Assembly: GCA_947628215.1 (NCBI GenBank)
Contig: CANQYZ010000002.1
Location: 12,231 to 76,230, forward strand
Length of the DNA stretch: 64,000 nucleotides
Direction of reading: 5' to 3'
From: an uncultured Clostridia bacterium
GTDB lineage: Bacteria > Bacillota > Clostridia > TANB77 > CAG-508
Shown: piece by piece, positions 1 to 10,269 of the stretch
Layout: every line of letters begins with the position of its first letter
Numbering within the stretch: the first letter of the stretch is position 1
Translations under genes and position numbers: made by a program
The notes under the pieces: generated by a model
What the model saw: only the letters and a program-made list of their open reading frames with translations
The model's database searches: none
What the model was told of the DNA's origin: nothing

Positions 1-353
1 TAGAAACTCCTAAAATTGCATTTACTCCAAGTCTTGATTTGTTTTCTGTTCCATCTATTTCAATTAATCTTTCATCTATTTTTTCTTGCTTAAATACATT
101 CATTCCAACTATTTCATTCTTTATTATTTTATTTACATTATCTACTGCTGTATTTACTCCTTTTCCTCCTAGTCTATCCTCTTTTGTATCTCTTAGTTCT
201 ACTGCTTCATAAGCTCCTGTTGAAGCTCCAGATGGTACTATTGCTTTCCCGAGAAGTCCCAAAAGATGTTGTAACTTTAACTTCAACAGTTGGATTTCCT
301 CTTGAATCAAAAACTTCCAAAGCTTCTATATTTTCAATCTCCACTTCTTCCAT
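1..353 (-). CDS. eno: enolase, N-terminal part (gene continues past window start); frame broken by one extra base at 251
   Basis: Own translation from ATG (complement of 351-353): [34 protein letters not shown]. After skipping the C complementary to 251 it continues [21 protein letters not shown]...[11 protein letters not shown], the textbook enolase N-terminus. Absent from the ORF track because both pieces are short. Confidence 0.85.
249..251 (-). other. C-GGG interruption site in eno (tct-C-ggg)
   Basis: Skipping the C restores GTS|[12 protein letters not shown]. Confidence 0.8.
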
Positions 354-453
354 TTTAATCCTCCTTTTTAATTATTTTTTAGTATTGTATCCATTTTTTC
401 TTTTTTTAAAACAAAAATAGCCCAAAGCACATCTTTGTACTTTGAGCTAAATT

Positions 454-720
454 TTATCCTACTTTATTTTTCTGTTCACTATATTTTAATTTTGTTGCCA
501 TACCACCCCTTATATGTCTTTCTGCTTTATTTAAATCTAGTATTTTTCTAACTTCCTCAAATAACTGCATATTTATTCTACTTAGTCTTTGAGAAATGTC
601 TTTATGTACAGTAGATTTTGATATACCAAATTGTTTAGCAGCTCCTCTTACTGTATCTTTAGTATCTATGATGTATCGTGCTAGCATAACAGCACGTTCC
701 TCTATTGATATATTCTTCAT
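454..720 (-). CDS. spoIIID: sporulation transcriptional regulator SpoIIID
   Basis: ORF 454..762. MKNISIEERAVMLARYIIDTKDTVRGAAKQFGISKSTVHKD...AERHIRGGMATKLKY matches the SpoIIID HTH and C-terminal basic motif. A GGAGG RBS precedes the ATG at 720, so the upstream 14 codons are probably not translated. Confidence 0.85.
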   Translation of the reverse strand: MKNISIEERAVMLARYIIDTKDTVRGAAKQFGISKSTVHKDISQRLSRINMQLFEEVRKILDLNKAERHIRGGMATKLKYSEQKNKVG

Positions 721-795
721 AAAGAAACCTCCAATAAGAATACTTTGTTTAATTGTATTCATGTAAAGATTTCCTTATGCAAATTTTCTTCTCTT

Positions 796-1995
796 TTATT
801 TTTCTTGTAAATTATATTCTTTTGCAAGTTTTGAAAAAGAATTTATTGAATTTTTAATTGTTTCAAACTTAGTACAATATGCTATTCTAACATATCCTTT
901 GCATCCAAAAGATGTAGCCGGAACAAACAATAAATTATACTTTTTAGCTCTTATGCAAAATTCTTTATCATCCCCTAAAGGAGCTTTAACAAATATATAA
1001 AAAGCTCCTTCTGGTTTTACACATTCAAATCCAAGTCTTACTAAATTATCATATAAATATCTTCTATTTTTATCATAGCTACTTACATCACATTTTATAT
1101 CTACACATTTTGAAATAACCTTTTGTATAAGAGATGGAGCATTTACTATTCCGCTCACTCTATTTGCGATTGTAATTGCCTGTATTAAATTTTTACTATC
1201 ATCTACTTCATCAGGAACTAATACATATCCTATTCTCTCTCCTGGAATAGATAAAGTTTTACTATATGAATAGCAAATAATTGTATTTTTATAATATTTA
1301 GAAATAAATGGAACTTCTTTTCCATCATATACAAGTTCTCTATAAGGTTCATCTGATATTAGAAAAATTTCTCTTCCTAGTTCTTTTTCCTTTTTAGATA
1401 AAACTTTAGAAATATCACAAATTACATCTTTACTATAAACTATTCCAGTTGGATTATTTGGAGTATTTATAATCACTGCTCTTGTAGCCTTATTTATCTT
1501 TTTCTCTAATTCTTCAATATTTGGGATAAAGTCATTTTCAAAATTTGGACTGATTTCTACTACTTTTACATCATAATTTTCTATATAACATTTATATTCA
1601 CTAAAGTATGGTGCAAATACTATTACTTCCTCATCTTTATTTAATATTGATTTTAATGTTATATTTAATGCACTTGCAGCTCCAGATGTCATTATAAAAT
1701 TATTATAAGAAAAGCTTGTACCAAATCTTTTATTTAAAGAATTGCTAATACTTTCCCTTACGTCCTTGTATCCTTCATTTGACATATATCCATGAACTAA
1801 ATTTTGTTCTTCTTCTTTTAGTATAGAATAGATTGCATCATTTACTTCTTTTGGAACATCTACACTTGGATTCCCAAGACTAAAGTCAAATACATTCTCT
1901 TCTCCATATTTTTCTTTTAAAATCCTTCCCTCTTCAAACATTTCTCTAATTACTGAATTATTTTCAACTAGCTTTTTCATTTTATCTGAAATCAT
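796..1995 (-). CDS. PLP-dependent aminotransferase class I/II (aspartate/aromatic type)
   Basis: 399 aa intact ORF. Fold-type I motifs NPTG, SYSKTLSIPGERIGY (PLP lysine), YVRIAY. Adjacent to pheA. Confidence 0.8.
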   Translation of the reverse strand: MISDKMKKLVENNSVIREMFEEGRILKEKYGEENVFDFSLGNPSVDVPKEVNDAIYSILKEEEQNLVHGYMSNEGYKDVRESISNSLNKRFGTSFSYNNFIMTSGAASALNITLKSILNKDEEVIVFAPYFSEYKCYIENYDVKVVEISPNFENDFIPNIEELEKKINKATRAVIINTPNNPTGIVYSKDVICDISKVLSKKEKELGREIFLISDEPYRELVYDGKEVPFISKYYKNTIICYSYSKTLSIPGERIGYVLVPDEVDDSKNLIQAITIANRVSGIVNAPSLIQKVISKCVDIKCDVSSYDKNRRYLYDNLVRLGFECVKPEGAFYIFVKAPLGDDKEFCIRAKKYNLLFVPATSFGCKGYVRIAYCTKFETIKNSINSFSKLAKEYNLQEK

Positions 1996-2019
1996 ATCTA
2001 AACTCTCCTAAATTAAATT

Positions 2020-2820
2020 CTAATAAACTCCAAGTATTCTATAATACTTTGCTGTTTTTTCTAGTTCTAGAAGTGTACTTTCTACTTCTTTTGCTTTGTT
2101 TTCAATATCAAAATCCACTAAAAAATAATATTCACCAAGCTTTTCTTTTGTAGGTCTAGATTCTATTTTAGTTAAATTTATTCCATATTTATCAAATATT
2201 CCAAGTATTTTATATAAAGCTCCTGGTGTATGAGAAGTAGAAAATATAATAGACATTTTTGACTTTTCATTTATGCTTTCTAACTTATTTTTTAATATCC
2301 AAAATTTAGTCTTATTTGTATCATTATCTTGAATGTTTTTATCTATAAGTTTTAAATTATATTCTTTTATACAATCTAGATTTCCAATACAAGCACTATT
2401 TTCACTTTCAAGTGTCATCTTAGCACCAATCGCAGTGCTTGCAACTTCAACTATTTCAGCATTTTTTAGTTTTTCTTCAATATATGTCCTACATTGTGCT
2501 ATAGCTTGAGGATGTGAATATAATACTTTTATATTAGATTTATCAATATCTATTTTTGCCATTAAATTTTGTTTTATCTCTAAAATATATTCACTTATGA
2601 CAAATATTTTATCATTTTGAATTAATGTATCTACTGTTTCTGTAACACATCCTTGAAGTGAATTTTCTATTGGAACAATTGCTTCATCTATTTTTCCTTC
2701 TTTTAAAGCAAGGATTGTTTCTTTTATAGTTTTATAAGGTATCTTTTCATCTTCTTTAAAGCAAATATTGCAAGCTTCACTTGAAAATGTACCTTTTGGT
2801 CCTAAATATCCAACTTTCAT
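2020..2820 (-). CDS. pheA: prephenate dehydratase (PDT + ACT domains)
   Basis: ORF 2020..2880. MKVGYLGPKGTFSSEA..., TKFWIL and the ESRP motif (TKIESRPTKE) of the ACT region. RBS GGAAAGGAAGAG precedes the ATG at 2820. Confidence 0.8.
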   Translation of the reverse strand: MKVGYLGPKGTFSSEACNICFKEDEKIPYKTIKETILALKEGKIDEAIVPIENSLQGCVTETVDTLIQNDKIFVISEYILEIKQNLMAKIDIDKSNIKVLYSHPQAIAQCRTYIEEKLKNAEIVEVASTAIGAKMTLESENSACIGNLDCIKEYNLKLIDKNIQDNDTNKTKFWILKNKLESINEKSKMSIIFSTSHTPGALYKILGIFDKYGINLTKIESRPTKEKLGEYYFLVDFDIENKAKEVESTLLELEKTAKYYRILGVY

Positions 2821-2952
2821 AAGCTCTTCCTTTCCGTTTTGCACTAAATTATATATTATTTTCCATTTAAATACAAACAAAAAACTTAAAATATAAATCT
2901 ATTTTAAGTTTTTATTGAGCAAATTATTTAATTACTTTTTTGTTATTACTTT

Positions 2953-3633
2953 TTAATTTTCGTCATAGTAAGAGTCTCCATCTCCTCTTACATTATCATT
3001 ATTTATAAAAAATCCTATCATCTTTGAATCATCGTTTTGTAAAACGCTATTGCTACTAGGCTTTCCAATAAAGAATTTATTATCATCTCCAATTGATTCC
3101 ATTTTTTCATTTGCATATCTTATTGCATCATCAAAAGCAACTTCTGTTATTGTAATTTCCTTATAATCTTTCTTCTTATAAATAGTAATTGTTATTCCAC
3201 CTCTTTTATTAACTATTTCTTTCATCTCTTCTAGTACATCTATATATTCTTCTATCGTTTGCACATCTGTAAAATATTTTGCATCTTTAGGAATTTTTTT
3301 GCTTATCTTTACAAGCTCCTTATAAGCTTTTTCATCATCAGTCTTTGCTTCTTTATCAAATATTTGCTTATTAGATTTAGTATAATTATCTGATATTAAC
3401 GAATTTAAAGATTTATAATAAGCTAAAGCTTTATCTCTTTTCTTTACTTCCAAATGTCCTACTATTCCTAAAATTAGAATAAATACACATAACACAAGAA
3501 ATATTCTAAATATTGTCTTTGGTCTTAATTTAAATTTTTTCTCTTCTATATTTTCTAATTTTTCAAATTTCTCTGTTCTCTTTTTATTCTCTTTTTTTAC
3601 TTTATCATTAGAATCTTTCTTTTTAAAAAACAT
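2953..3633 (-). CDS. hypothetical membrane-anchored protein (Lys/Glu-rich N-terminus, one TM)
   Basis: 226 aa ORF. TM segment IFRIFLVLCVFILILGIVG. No recognisable domain. Confidence 0.5.
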   Translation of the reverse strand: MFFKKKDSNDKVKKENKKRTEKFEKLENIEEKKFKLRPKTIFRIFLVLCVFILILGIVGHLEVKKRDKALAYYKSLNSLISDNYTKSNKQIFDKEAKTDDEKAYKELVKISKKIPKDAKYFTDVQTIEEYIDVLEEMKEIVNKRGGITITIYKKKDYKEITITEVAFDDAIRYANEKMESIGDDNKFFIGKPSSNSVLQNDDSKMIGFFINNDNVRGDGDSYYDEN

Positions 3634-3655
3634 ATCTATATCACCTCTTAAAAAA

Positions 3656-4066
3656 TTAATAATCTTCTATCTCAACATATACTTTTTCTTCTTCTCCATA
3701 TACTTTCTCTATATCAAGTTTTGTTATTTGATTATCATCTTTGAAAGCTAATTTATTTAAAGAATCTAGTACTATTTTTATGATATTATCTATATCAGGC
3801 TTTTTTGCAGGACTAATATTTCCTGCAAGCATCTCTTCTGCATTTTTCCTATTTGTTCCTTTAGGAATACTAAAATAAGCTATTATTTTTACTCTTATTC
3901 TATTTTCTAAAGGAATATATCTTGGATATTTTAATAAAAAATACTGCTGCACTAACTTTTCATAATCTTTAGTTTTAGTAGGAGTATATACTATATTTGT
4001 ATAAGTATTTACTCTAGGCCTTCCCTTTCCAGTAATTCTTCCTGGTACTTCAAATGTATATAACAT
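3656..4066 (-). CDS. rusA: RusA-family crossover junction endodeoxyribonuclease
   Basis: ORF 3656..4180. MLYTFEVPGRITGKGRPRV...KKPDIDNIIKIVLDSLNKLAFKDDNQI is typical RusA. AGGAGA RBS precedes the ATG at 4066. Confidence 0.7.
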   Translation of the reverse strand: MLYTFEVPGRITGKGRPRVNTYTNIVYTPTKTKDYEKLVQQYFLLKYPRYIPLENRIRVKIIAYFSIPKGTNRKNAEEMLAGNISPAKKPDIDNIIKIVLDSLNKLAFKDDNQITKLDIEKVYGEEEKVYVEIEDY

Positions 4067-4181
4067 AATCTCTCCTAAAAAATAATTTCTTCTTAAGAAA
4101 TTATATATTAAATTAGATTTTAAAACAATTCTTTTTAAAGTAAAAAAAGAGTACTTTGAAAAGTACTCAAAATAAAACATA

Positions 4182-4757
4182 TTATCTAATTTTTACTTTT
4201 GATAAGTCAATATCAGATTCATCATAATTTTCAATATAATCAAATATCTCATCAATAGTATTGCAAACATAATAAAGTGATCTACAATCATCAGTAATAA
4301 ATTTTTTATCAACTGATACTTGCATCATATTTTCCATATTATCAAAATAATTATTGATATTCCAAATTACGATTGGTTTATTATGTCTTCCAAGTTGTTT
4401 TAAAGTAAGTATCTCAAAGAATTCATCAAAAGTTCCAATTCCTCCAGGAGAAATTATAAATGCTTTTGATTTTTCTTCTAATAATTGTTTACGATCTCTC
4501 ATTGTTTCTGTATGAATAAATTCTGTACAGTTATCATAATGTACACCATCTACATTGAAAAATGCAGGAGCGATTCCTAAAATATATCCATGTTTTTCAT
4601 CTACTCCTCTTGCTACTGCTCCCATCATTCCGTTAGCTCCACCGCCAAATACAAGTCCATGTCCTCTTTCTACTATTTTTCTTCCAAGTTCTTCTCCTGC
4701 TTCTATAAAACTTTTATCAATTTCTCTACTAGCAGCTCCATATACGCAAATATTCAT
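4182..4757 (-). CDS. LOG-family (TIGR00730-type) nucleotide 5'-monophosphate nucleosidase
   Basis: ORF 4182..4787. Motifs GLVFGGGANGMMGAVARG and PGGIGTFDEFFE. Start assigned to MNICVYGAAS. Confidence 0.75.
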   Translation of the reverse strand: MNICVYGAASREIDKSFIEAGEELGRKIVERGHGLVFGGGANGMMGAVARGVDEKHGYILGIAPAFFNVDGVHYDNCTEFIHTETMRDRKQLLEEKSKAFIISPGGIGTFDEFFEILTLKQLGRHNKPIVIWNINNYFDNMENMMQVSVDKKFITDDCRSLYYVCNTIDEIFDYIENYDESDIDLSKVKIR

Positions 4758-4952
4758 ATTTATCATCCTTTCTCTTTTTTTGTGCATTGCTTAAAGCTCT
4801 TGCTATATTACTGTATGCATTACAGAATAATATTATATCAATAAGTATAAAATTTGCAAGCTATTTTTTATTTATGTGTTATTATAGTTACAATTCTATA
4901 AAGTTTATTTATTTATTTTCTTCTTTTTGTTATACTTTAATTGGAGGATTAC

Positions 4953-5771
4953 ATGATAAAACTATTTAAAAAAGAAAAAAATTTAAATGAAATAGATGAT
5001 GAAGAAAAATATCATTATAATACACCAAAGAAAAAGTTTTCTTATCTTCATGTAATTAGACTTATTGCAATTGCTATATTTATTTATTCTCTAATATACA
5101 TTCTTATGTGGCAAAATGATAATGCTCAAACAACAAAAATGATGAGAGAAATATATAGTAGTGTCGACTTTACAAAAACTATTAGTCTAGATACTGGAGA
5201 TGGTTCTGTAGCAGATGTATTAGACTTTACAAATTTACTTAAGAAAAATAAAGAAACAGTCGCTTGGATAAAAGTAAATGGTACTAATATTGATTATCCT
5301 GTCGTAGCACATAAAGATAATGATTATTATTTAAATCATAGCTTTAATAATACAAAAAATAGTGCTGGTTGGATTTTTCTAGATAGCAGCAATTCAAAAA
5401 AATTTACAGATAAAAATACAGTAATTTATGGTCACAATAGAAAAAATGGTGCTATGTTTTCGACACTAGAAAATACTTTAAATAAAAGCTGGTTTTCAAA
5501 AGATAATAACAAAGTTCTAACATTATATACTCCAGAAAAAACTTATCATTATCAAGTATTTTCAGTATATAAAATTAAAGCCGAAACATATCACTCTACA
5601 ACAGATTTTAAAGATGAAAAAGATTATCAAAAATTTATAAATAAAATGATAAAAAGAAGCAAATTTGATTTTAAAGTAGATGTAACTACTTCTGATAAAA
5701 TACTTACTTTATCTACTTGTGCAGATAATAAGTATTATAGAATAGTTCTACATGCTAAAGCTTTAAATTAA
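4953..5771 (+). CDS. srtB: class B sortase
   Basis: ORF 4941..5771. N-terminal TM, VAWIKVNGTNIDYPVV, VIYGHN, catalytic LTLSTC. GGAGGA RBS precedes the ATG at 4953. Confidence 0.8.
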   Translation: MIKLFKKEKNLNEIDDEEKYHYNTPKKKFSYLHVIRLIAIAIFIYSLIYILMWQNDNAQTTKMMREIYSSVDFTKTISLDTGDGSVADVLDFTNLLKKNKETVAWIKVNGTNIDYPVVAHKDNDYYLNHSFNNTKNSAGWIFLDSSNSKKFTDKNTVIYGHNRKNGAMFSTLENTLNKSWFSKDNNKVLTLYTPEKTYHYQVFSVYKIKAETYHSTTDFKDEKDYQKFINKMIKRSKFDFKVDVTTSDKILTLSTCADNKYYRIVLHAKALN

Positions 5772-5793
5772 AAATCAAAATAAAAAAGCAAAA

Positions 5794-5816
5794 AGACAGG
5801 AATTCTGTCTTTTTTG
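5794..5816 (+). terminator. rho-independent terminator of srtB
   Basis: Stem AGACAG / CTGTCT followed by a T-run. Confidence 0.6.
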
Positions 5817-5949
5817 TATCTTTCCAAACAATTTTTATTATTTTTTTTATTTTTTATATTTTTCAAATTTATTTAAATCAAGATAGTTTTATATTTTTTA
5901 CAACAATTTCGATAAAAGTTTAGTCTTTCAGCTCCTTAATATTTATAAC

Positions 5950-6228
5950 TTATTTTCTATTTTTAAAGAAATTTGCCCAATAAGGATTTTCTTTATCAAA
6001 CAATTCTTTTTCCTCTTTTGTAAGATTATATGGATAGTCTGGCCATAAATTGTATATTTTTTTCTTATCAAATGAAATTAAAAGTTCCCCTATAATTATA
6101 TCAACATTATCTGATGTAATTTCTTTATTTTTATCAATTATTATAAAATGTTCTACCCACCATATCTTATCCTTCGCATTTCTCTTATAAAAACTATAAA
6201 TATCTCTTTCTTTCATATTCTTCATCAC
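5950..6228 (-). CDS. hypothetical protein (92 aa)
   Basis: Intact ORF with an RBS (AAAGGGTGATG). No family recognised. Lies in a cassette bounded by similar terminator-plus-GTATCTT repeats. Confidence 0.45.
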   Translation of the reverse strand: MMKNMKERDIYSFYKRNAKDKIWWVEHFIIIDKNKEITSDNVDIIIGELLISFDKKKIYNLWPDYPYNLTKEEKELFDKENPYWANFFKNRK

Positions 6229-6593
6229 CCTTTAATTATTTTCTCTTGGTGTTAATATATCCTATAATTTCTTTAAATTCTTCTTTGTTTTTAAATGAAC
6301 TATTAGTGTATTTATTATATTGCTATTTTTATCATCAGTAAAGTTCTCTTCTGAATCTTCTTCTGAATCTTCTTCTAATTTGTATGTAGTTGACGATATG
6401 TACCTTCACTACATACTTTCACCGATTAACTAAACGATATTCCCATCACACATAAAAAAGGCAGAAATTTTTTCTGTCTTTTTTTGTATCTTACCTCTGT
6501 ATCTTACGTGTATCTTACCAGGTGATTTTTGTTAGTTTTTATTAGTTCTCACAAGTTCTACTTTCTTTATATATCAGTACTTTCGAGGCTTTT

Positions 6594-7598
6594 CTATTTG
6601 CTCATAGCTTCTTGCACCGCTACTGATACAGATACAGTAGCTCCAACCATAGGGTTGTTACCCATACCAATTAATCCCATCATTTCAACATGAGCTGGTA
6701 CTGATGAAGATCCTGCAAATTGAGCATCTGAATGCATTCTTCCCATAGTATCTGTCATACCATATGAAGCAGGTCCTGAACCCATATTATCTGGATGTAG
6801 AGTTCTTCCTGTTCCACCACCTGATGCAACTGAGAAATATTTCTTTCCTTGTTCAATACATTCTTTCTTATATGTACCTGCAACTGGATGTTGGAATCTT
6901 GTTGGATTTGTTGAATTTCCTGTTATAGAAACATCAACTTTTTCATAATGCATTATTGCTACACCTTCTCTTACATCATTTGCACCATAGCATCTTACTT
7001 TTGCTCTTGGTCCATTTGAATATGGTGTTTCTTTAACTATTTTTAATTCTCCTGTATAGAAATCAAAATCTGTTTGAACATATGTGAATCCATTTATTCT
7101 TGAAATTATTTGTGCTGCATCTTTTCCAAGTCCATTTAAGATTACTCTTAATGGTTTTTGTCTTACTTTATTTGCATTGTTTGCAATACCAATTGCACCT
7201 TCTGCTGCTGCAAATGATTCATGTCCTGCTAAAAATGCAAAACATTCTGTTTCTTCTGATAAAAGCATTGCACCTAAGTTTCCATGTCCTAATCCTACTT
7301 TTCTGTCATCTGCAACTGAACCTGGAATACAAAATGCTTGAAGTCCTTCTCCTATAGCTTTTGCTGCATCTGCTGCTTTTGTGCATCCTTTTTTGATAGC
7401 AATTGCTGCTCCTAAAGTATAAGCCCAGCAAGCATTTTCAAAACAAATTGGTTGTACACCTTTTACTATTTCATAAGGATTAAATCCTTTTTCTTTACAT
7501 ATATTTAAAGCATCATCAAAATCTTTTATACCATACTTTTCCATTACTGGTTTGATTTGAGCTATTCTTCTTTCATAACTTTCAAATGTTACTGCCAT
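6594..7598 (-). CDS. GGGtGRT family protein (function unknown)
   Basis: 334 aa. Contains the family signature SGGGTGRTLHPDNMGSGPASYGMTDTMGRMH. Confidence 0.8.
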   Translation of the reverse strand: MAVTFESYERRIAQIKPVMEKYGIKDFDDALNICKEKGFNPYEIVKGVQPICFENACWAYTLGAAIAIKKGCTKAADAAKAIGEGLQAFCIPGSVADDRKVGLGHGNLGAMLLSEETECFAFLAGHESFAAAEGAIGIANNANKVRQKPLRVILNGLGKDAAQIISRINGFTYVQTDFDFYTGELKIVKETPYSNGPRAKVRCYGANDVREGVAIMHYEKVDVSITGNSTNPTRFQHPVAGTYKKECIEQGKKYFSVASGGGTGRTLHPDNMGSGPASYGMTDTMGRMHSDAQFAGSSSVPAHVEMMGLIGMGNNPMVGATVSVSVAVQEAMSK

Positions 7599-7631
7599 AT
7601 TTTTACCTCCTAAAATTTTTTTCTTTTTTTA

Positions 7632-8324
7632 TTATTCTTGTCTTGGATCAATTTTCTTTACAGCTTCATCAAATCTACCATATTTTCCTGAAGCTTTTTC
7701 GATAGCTTCCATAGGCTCTATACCTTTTTTGATGTTTTCCATCATTTTTCCTAAATTAACAAATTTATATCCTATGATTTCGCTATTTTCATCTAATCCT
7801 ATTTCTGTAATATATCCTTCTGCAAGTTCTAGATATCTTGGTCCTTTTACATTTGTTGAGTAAATAGTACCTACTTGGCTTCTATGTCCTTTTCCTAAAT
7901 CTTCAAGTCCTGCTCCTATTGTTAAACCACCTTCTGAAAAAGCTGATTGAGTTCTACCATATACTATTTGTAAAAATAACTCTCTCATTGCAGTATTAAT
8001 AGCATCACATACTAAGTCTGTATTTAATGCTTCAAGTATTGTTTTTCCTATTAAAATTTCTCCTGCCATAGCTGCTGAATGTGTCATTCCAGAACATCCA
8101 ATTGTCTCAACTAAAGCTTCTTGAATTATACCTTCTTTAACATTTAATGTTAATTTACAAGCACCTTGTTGTGGTGCACACCATCCAATACCATGAGTTA
8201 AACCTGATATATCTTTTATTTCTTTTGATTTTACCCACTTTCCTTCTTCAGGAATTGGTGCTGGTCCGTGATTTGCTCCTTTTGTTACTTTGCACATATT
8301 TTCTACTTCTTGTGAATAAATCAT
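7632..8324 (-). CDS. NifU/IscU-like Fe-S scaffold-domain protein
   Basis: 230 aa. Cys pattern GWCAPQQGACKL...TIGCSGMTHSAAMAGE resembles the NifU N-terminal domain. AGGAGG RBS. Probably co-transcribed with the GGGtGRT gene. Confidence 0.6.
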   Translation of the reverse strand: MIYSQEVENMCKVTKGANHGPAPIPEEGKWVKSKEIKDISGLTHGIGWCAPQQGACKLTLNVKEGIIQEALVETIGCSGMTHSAAMAGEILIGKTILEALNTDLVCDAINTAMRELFLQIVYGRTQSAFSEGGLTIGAGLEDLGKGHRSQVGTIYSTNVKGPRYLELAEGYITEIGLDENSEIIGYKFVNLGKMMENIKKGIEPMEAIEKASGKYGRFDEAVKKIDPRQE

Positions 8325-8405
8325 ATTTACCTCCTATATTATTATATTTTTTCCGTGTGCATTTTATCACATCAATTATTGGTATTCAAGATACCTTAAT
8401 AATAA

Positions 8406-8957
8406 TTACTTAAGTAATTTTTTATACATCTCCAAAGTCATAAGATAACTTTCAATTTTCCTGTCTATTCCTGGTACTTCAAAGACTTTTTCTAAACTGA
8501 AATGGCTCTTTAAGAGCCCTTTCGAGGAAGCAACATTCCCCTCCATTACATACCCTCTAAAATTTTTTGTTTGTAAAATTTCAAATGCAAATTTAGTCAT
8601 ATCTGGTAATATTTCTTGATATATACCTTTATTTTGAAAATCCTTTCCAATGTATACAGTAAATTCAAAAGCATCTTCATTATATAAATCAAGTTTTATT
8701 AGAAAAACACCTATAAATTTATCTGTATCTTTTTCTATTATAGCAATTGGAAGTTTATTACCATTTTCAAATTCTTTAAAATAATTATCAAACATCTTCT
8801 CTGTATCGTTTATAGAATTATGTATTTTCATATTTAAGTTTTTAATTATATCTTTATCACTTAAAATTTTATAAACTTCATTTAAGTCAGTTTTTTCTAG
8901 GAGTCTATATCTACATCTATTACTTGTAACTTTATATATAAACTCTAAATTCTCCAT
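8406..8957 (-). CDS. GNAT-family N-acetyltransferase
   Basis: 183 aa. The region FQNKGIYQEILPDMTKFAFE resembles a RimJ/RimL-like acetyl-CoA site. Confidence 0.6.
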   Translation of the reverse strand: MENLEFIYKVTSNRCRYRLLEKTDLNEVYKILSDKDIIKNLNMKIHNSINDTEKMFDNYFKEFENGNKLPIAIIEKDTDKFIGVFLIKLDLYNEDAFEFTVYIGKDFQNKGIYQEILPDMTKFAFEILQTKNFRGYVMEGNVASSKGLLKSHFSLEKVFEVPGIDRKIESYLMTLEMYKKLLK

Positions 8958-9118
8958 TTTATTTTTATCCCCCTATTTTTCCATATACATTATACTAGCA
9001 GAGTTCTATTCTTGTAAAGCAAAAAATAATGATTTTTTTAAGCTTAAAAATAGCACATAAAAAAAGAAGATTTTTATTTAAACCTTCTTTCTTTATTTAA
9101 ACTTTTTATTTTAATTTA

Positions 9119-10159
9119 TTATTTAACTTGATATGCTGCAACTATAACTCTACCACTTGATACATATACATCAAATACAATATCTTTATTTGTTGTATTT
9201 TTGAATCTTAAGTTATGGCATCCATATGATACAGTAGCTTCATATCCATCTTTATTTAAGTAAGATACTCTTCCACTATGTTTATATCTTTCTACAGTCT
9301 TCATTTTTAGTTTTTTAGAACATCCATAAATAGTAGTTGCTACTTGGCAAACTCCACCGCCATATCCTTTTTTTACTTTTCCAGAAACAATTATATTTGC
9401 AATCTTGTATCCTTGTTTCTTACCACAAGGTCCTACAACTTTAAACCAGTTAAATGTTTGATTTTTCTTTAAAGTAATTTTTGTTATTTTTTTACCAGCT
9501 TTGCTCATATTATAATTTCTTCCAGAAGGGCTACCTTTTGAATATGTAGTATATGTTGTAAGTAATTTGTACTTACTAGCAGATTTTGTTCCAACATACT
9601 TCTTTTGAACATATCCTGTTTTATTTTTAGAAGTTGTTACTTTGTACCATGAACCACTAGTTAACTTAATTGTAACTACATCACCAGCTTTTAAAGTTGC
9701 AACTCTTGCACCTTTAGTTGATGCTTTTTTTCTTAAAGTTACACTAGATTTTACTTTAATATAACCTTTTTGAGATGATGTTGATTTTTTAGATGAAGTA
9801 GCTTTTTTTATAGTAATATATTTCTTTTGAATATATCCTGTTTTCTTTTTAGATGTTTTAACCTTATACCAAGACTTAGTTGATGAAATAATTGTAACTG
9901 TCTCTTTTGGTTTAAGTGTTGCTACTTTTTTTCCTCTAGTTGATGCTTTTTTTCTAAGTGTTACTGATTTTTTTGTTTTTACATATCCTTTTTTTGTTTC
10001 TGTTTTTTGTTCAGTTTGCTCCTCAGAAGTAGGAAGTTCACTTACATCAAGCATAACTTTAGAACCTTGCTCTACATTTGTTACATATAGTCCTACTGTT
10101 CCAACTGCAAGTAATGCAAGTACCATTGTACTTAATAATAATTTTTTACAAACCTTCAT
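9119..10159 (-). CDS. secreted protein with two SH3b-like repeats and a VanW-like C-terminal domain
   Basis: ORF 9119..10231. Signal/TM MKVCKKLLLSTMVLALLAVGT. Tandem ~75-aa repeats (KGY[VI]K.K.SVTLRKKAST.G..VATLK...SWYKV.TSK.KTGY[IV]QKKY). C-terminal GGGVCQVATTIYG is typical of VanW. Confidence 0.65.
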   Translation of the reverse strand: MKVCKKLLLSTMVLALLAVGTVGLYVTNVEQGSKVMLDVSELPTSEEQTEQKTETKKGYVKTKKSVTLRKKASTRGKKVATLKPKETVTIISSTKSWYKVKTSKKKTGYIQKKYITIKKATSSKKSTSSQKGYIKVKSSVTLRKKASTKGARVATLKAGDVVTIKLTSGSWYKVTTSKNKTGYVQKKYVGTKSASKYKLLTTYTTYSKGSPSGRNYNMSKAGKKITKITLKKNQTFNWFKVVGPCGKKQGYKIANIIVSGKVKKGYGGGVCQVATTIYGCSKKLKMKTVERYKHSGRVSYLNKDGYEATVSYGCHNLRFKNTTNKDIVFDVYVSSGRVIVAAYQVK

Positions 10160-10269
10160 CTTAGGTTGTTCCCCTTTCAATTGTGATTTTTCCATATCTT
10201 TAATTATACTTATACTTTTATGATAATACAATATGATTTTATAAAAATTTTGTTACTTTTTTTGGAAAT

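Noticed and set aside
184-420. Plus-strand ORF 184..420, and similar antisense ORFs: 4555..4794, 4590..4844, 7084..7341, 7100..7357, 8147..8413, 12049..12315, 13204..13623, 18041..18241, 20498..20848, 26559..26894, 36160..36705, 45082..45624, 54477..54908, 56602..57036, 57400..57753 and others
   Set aside because: They lie antisense to well-supported conserved genes, encode low-complexity Leu/Phe/Ser/Ile-rich products typical of AT-rich antisense frames, and lack RBSs.
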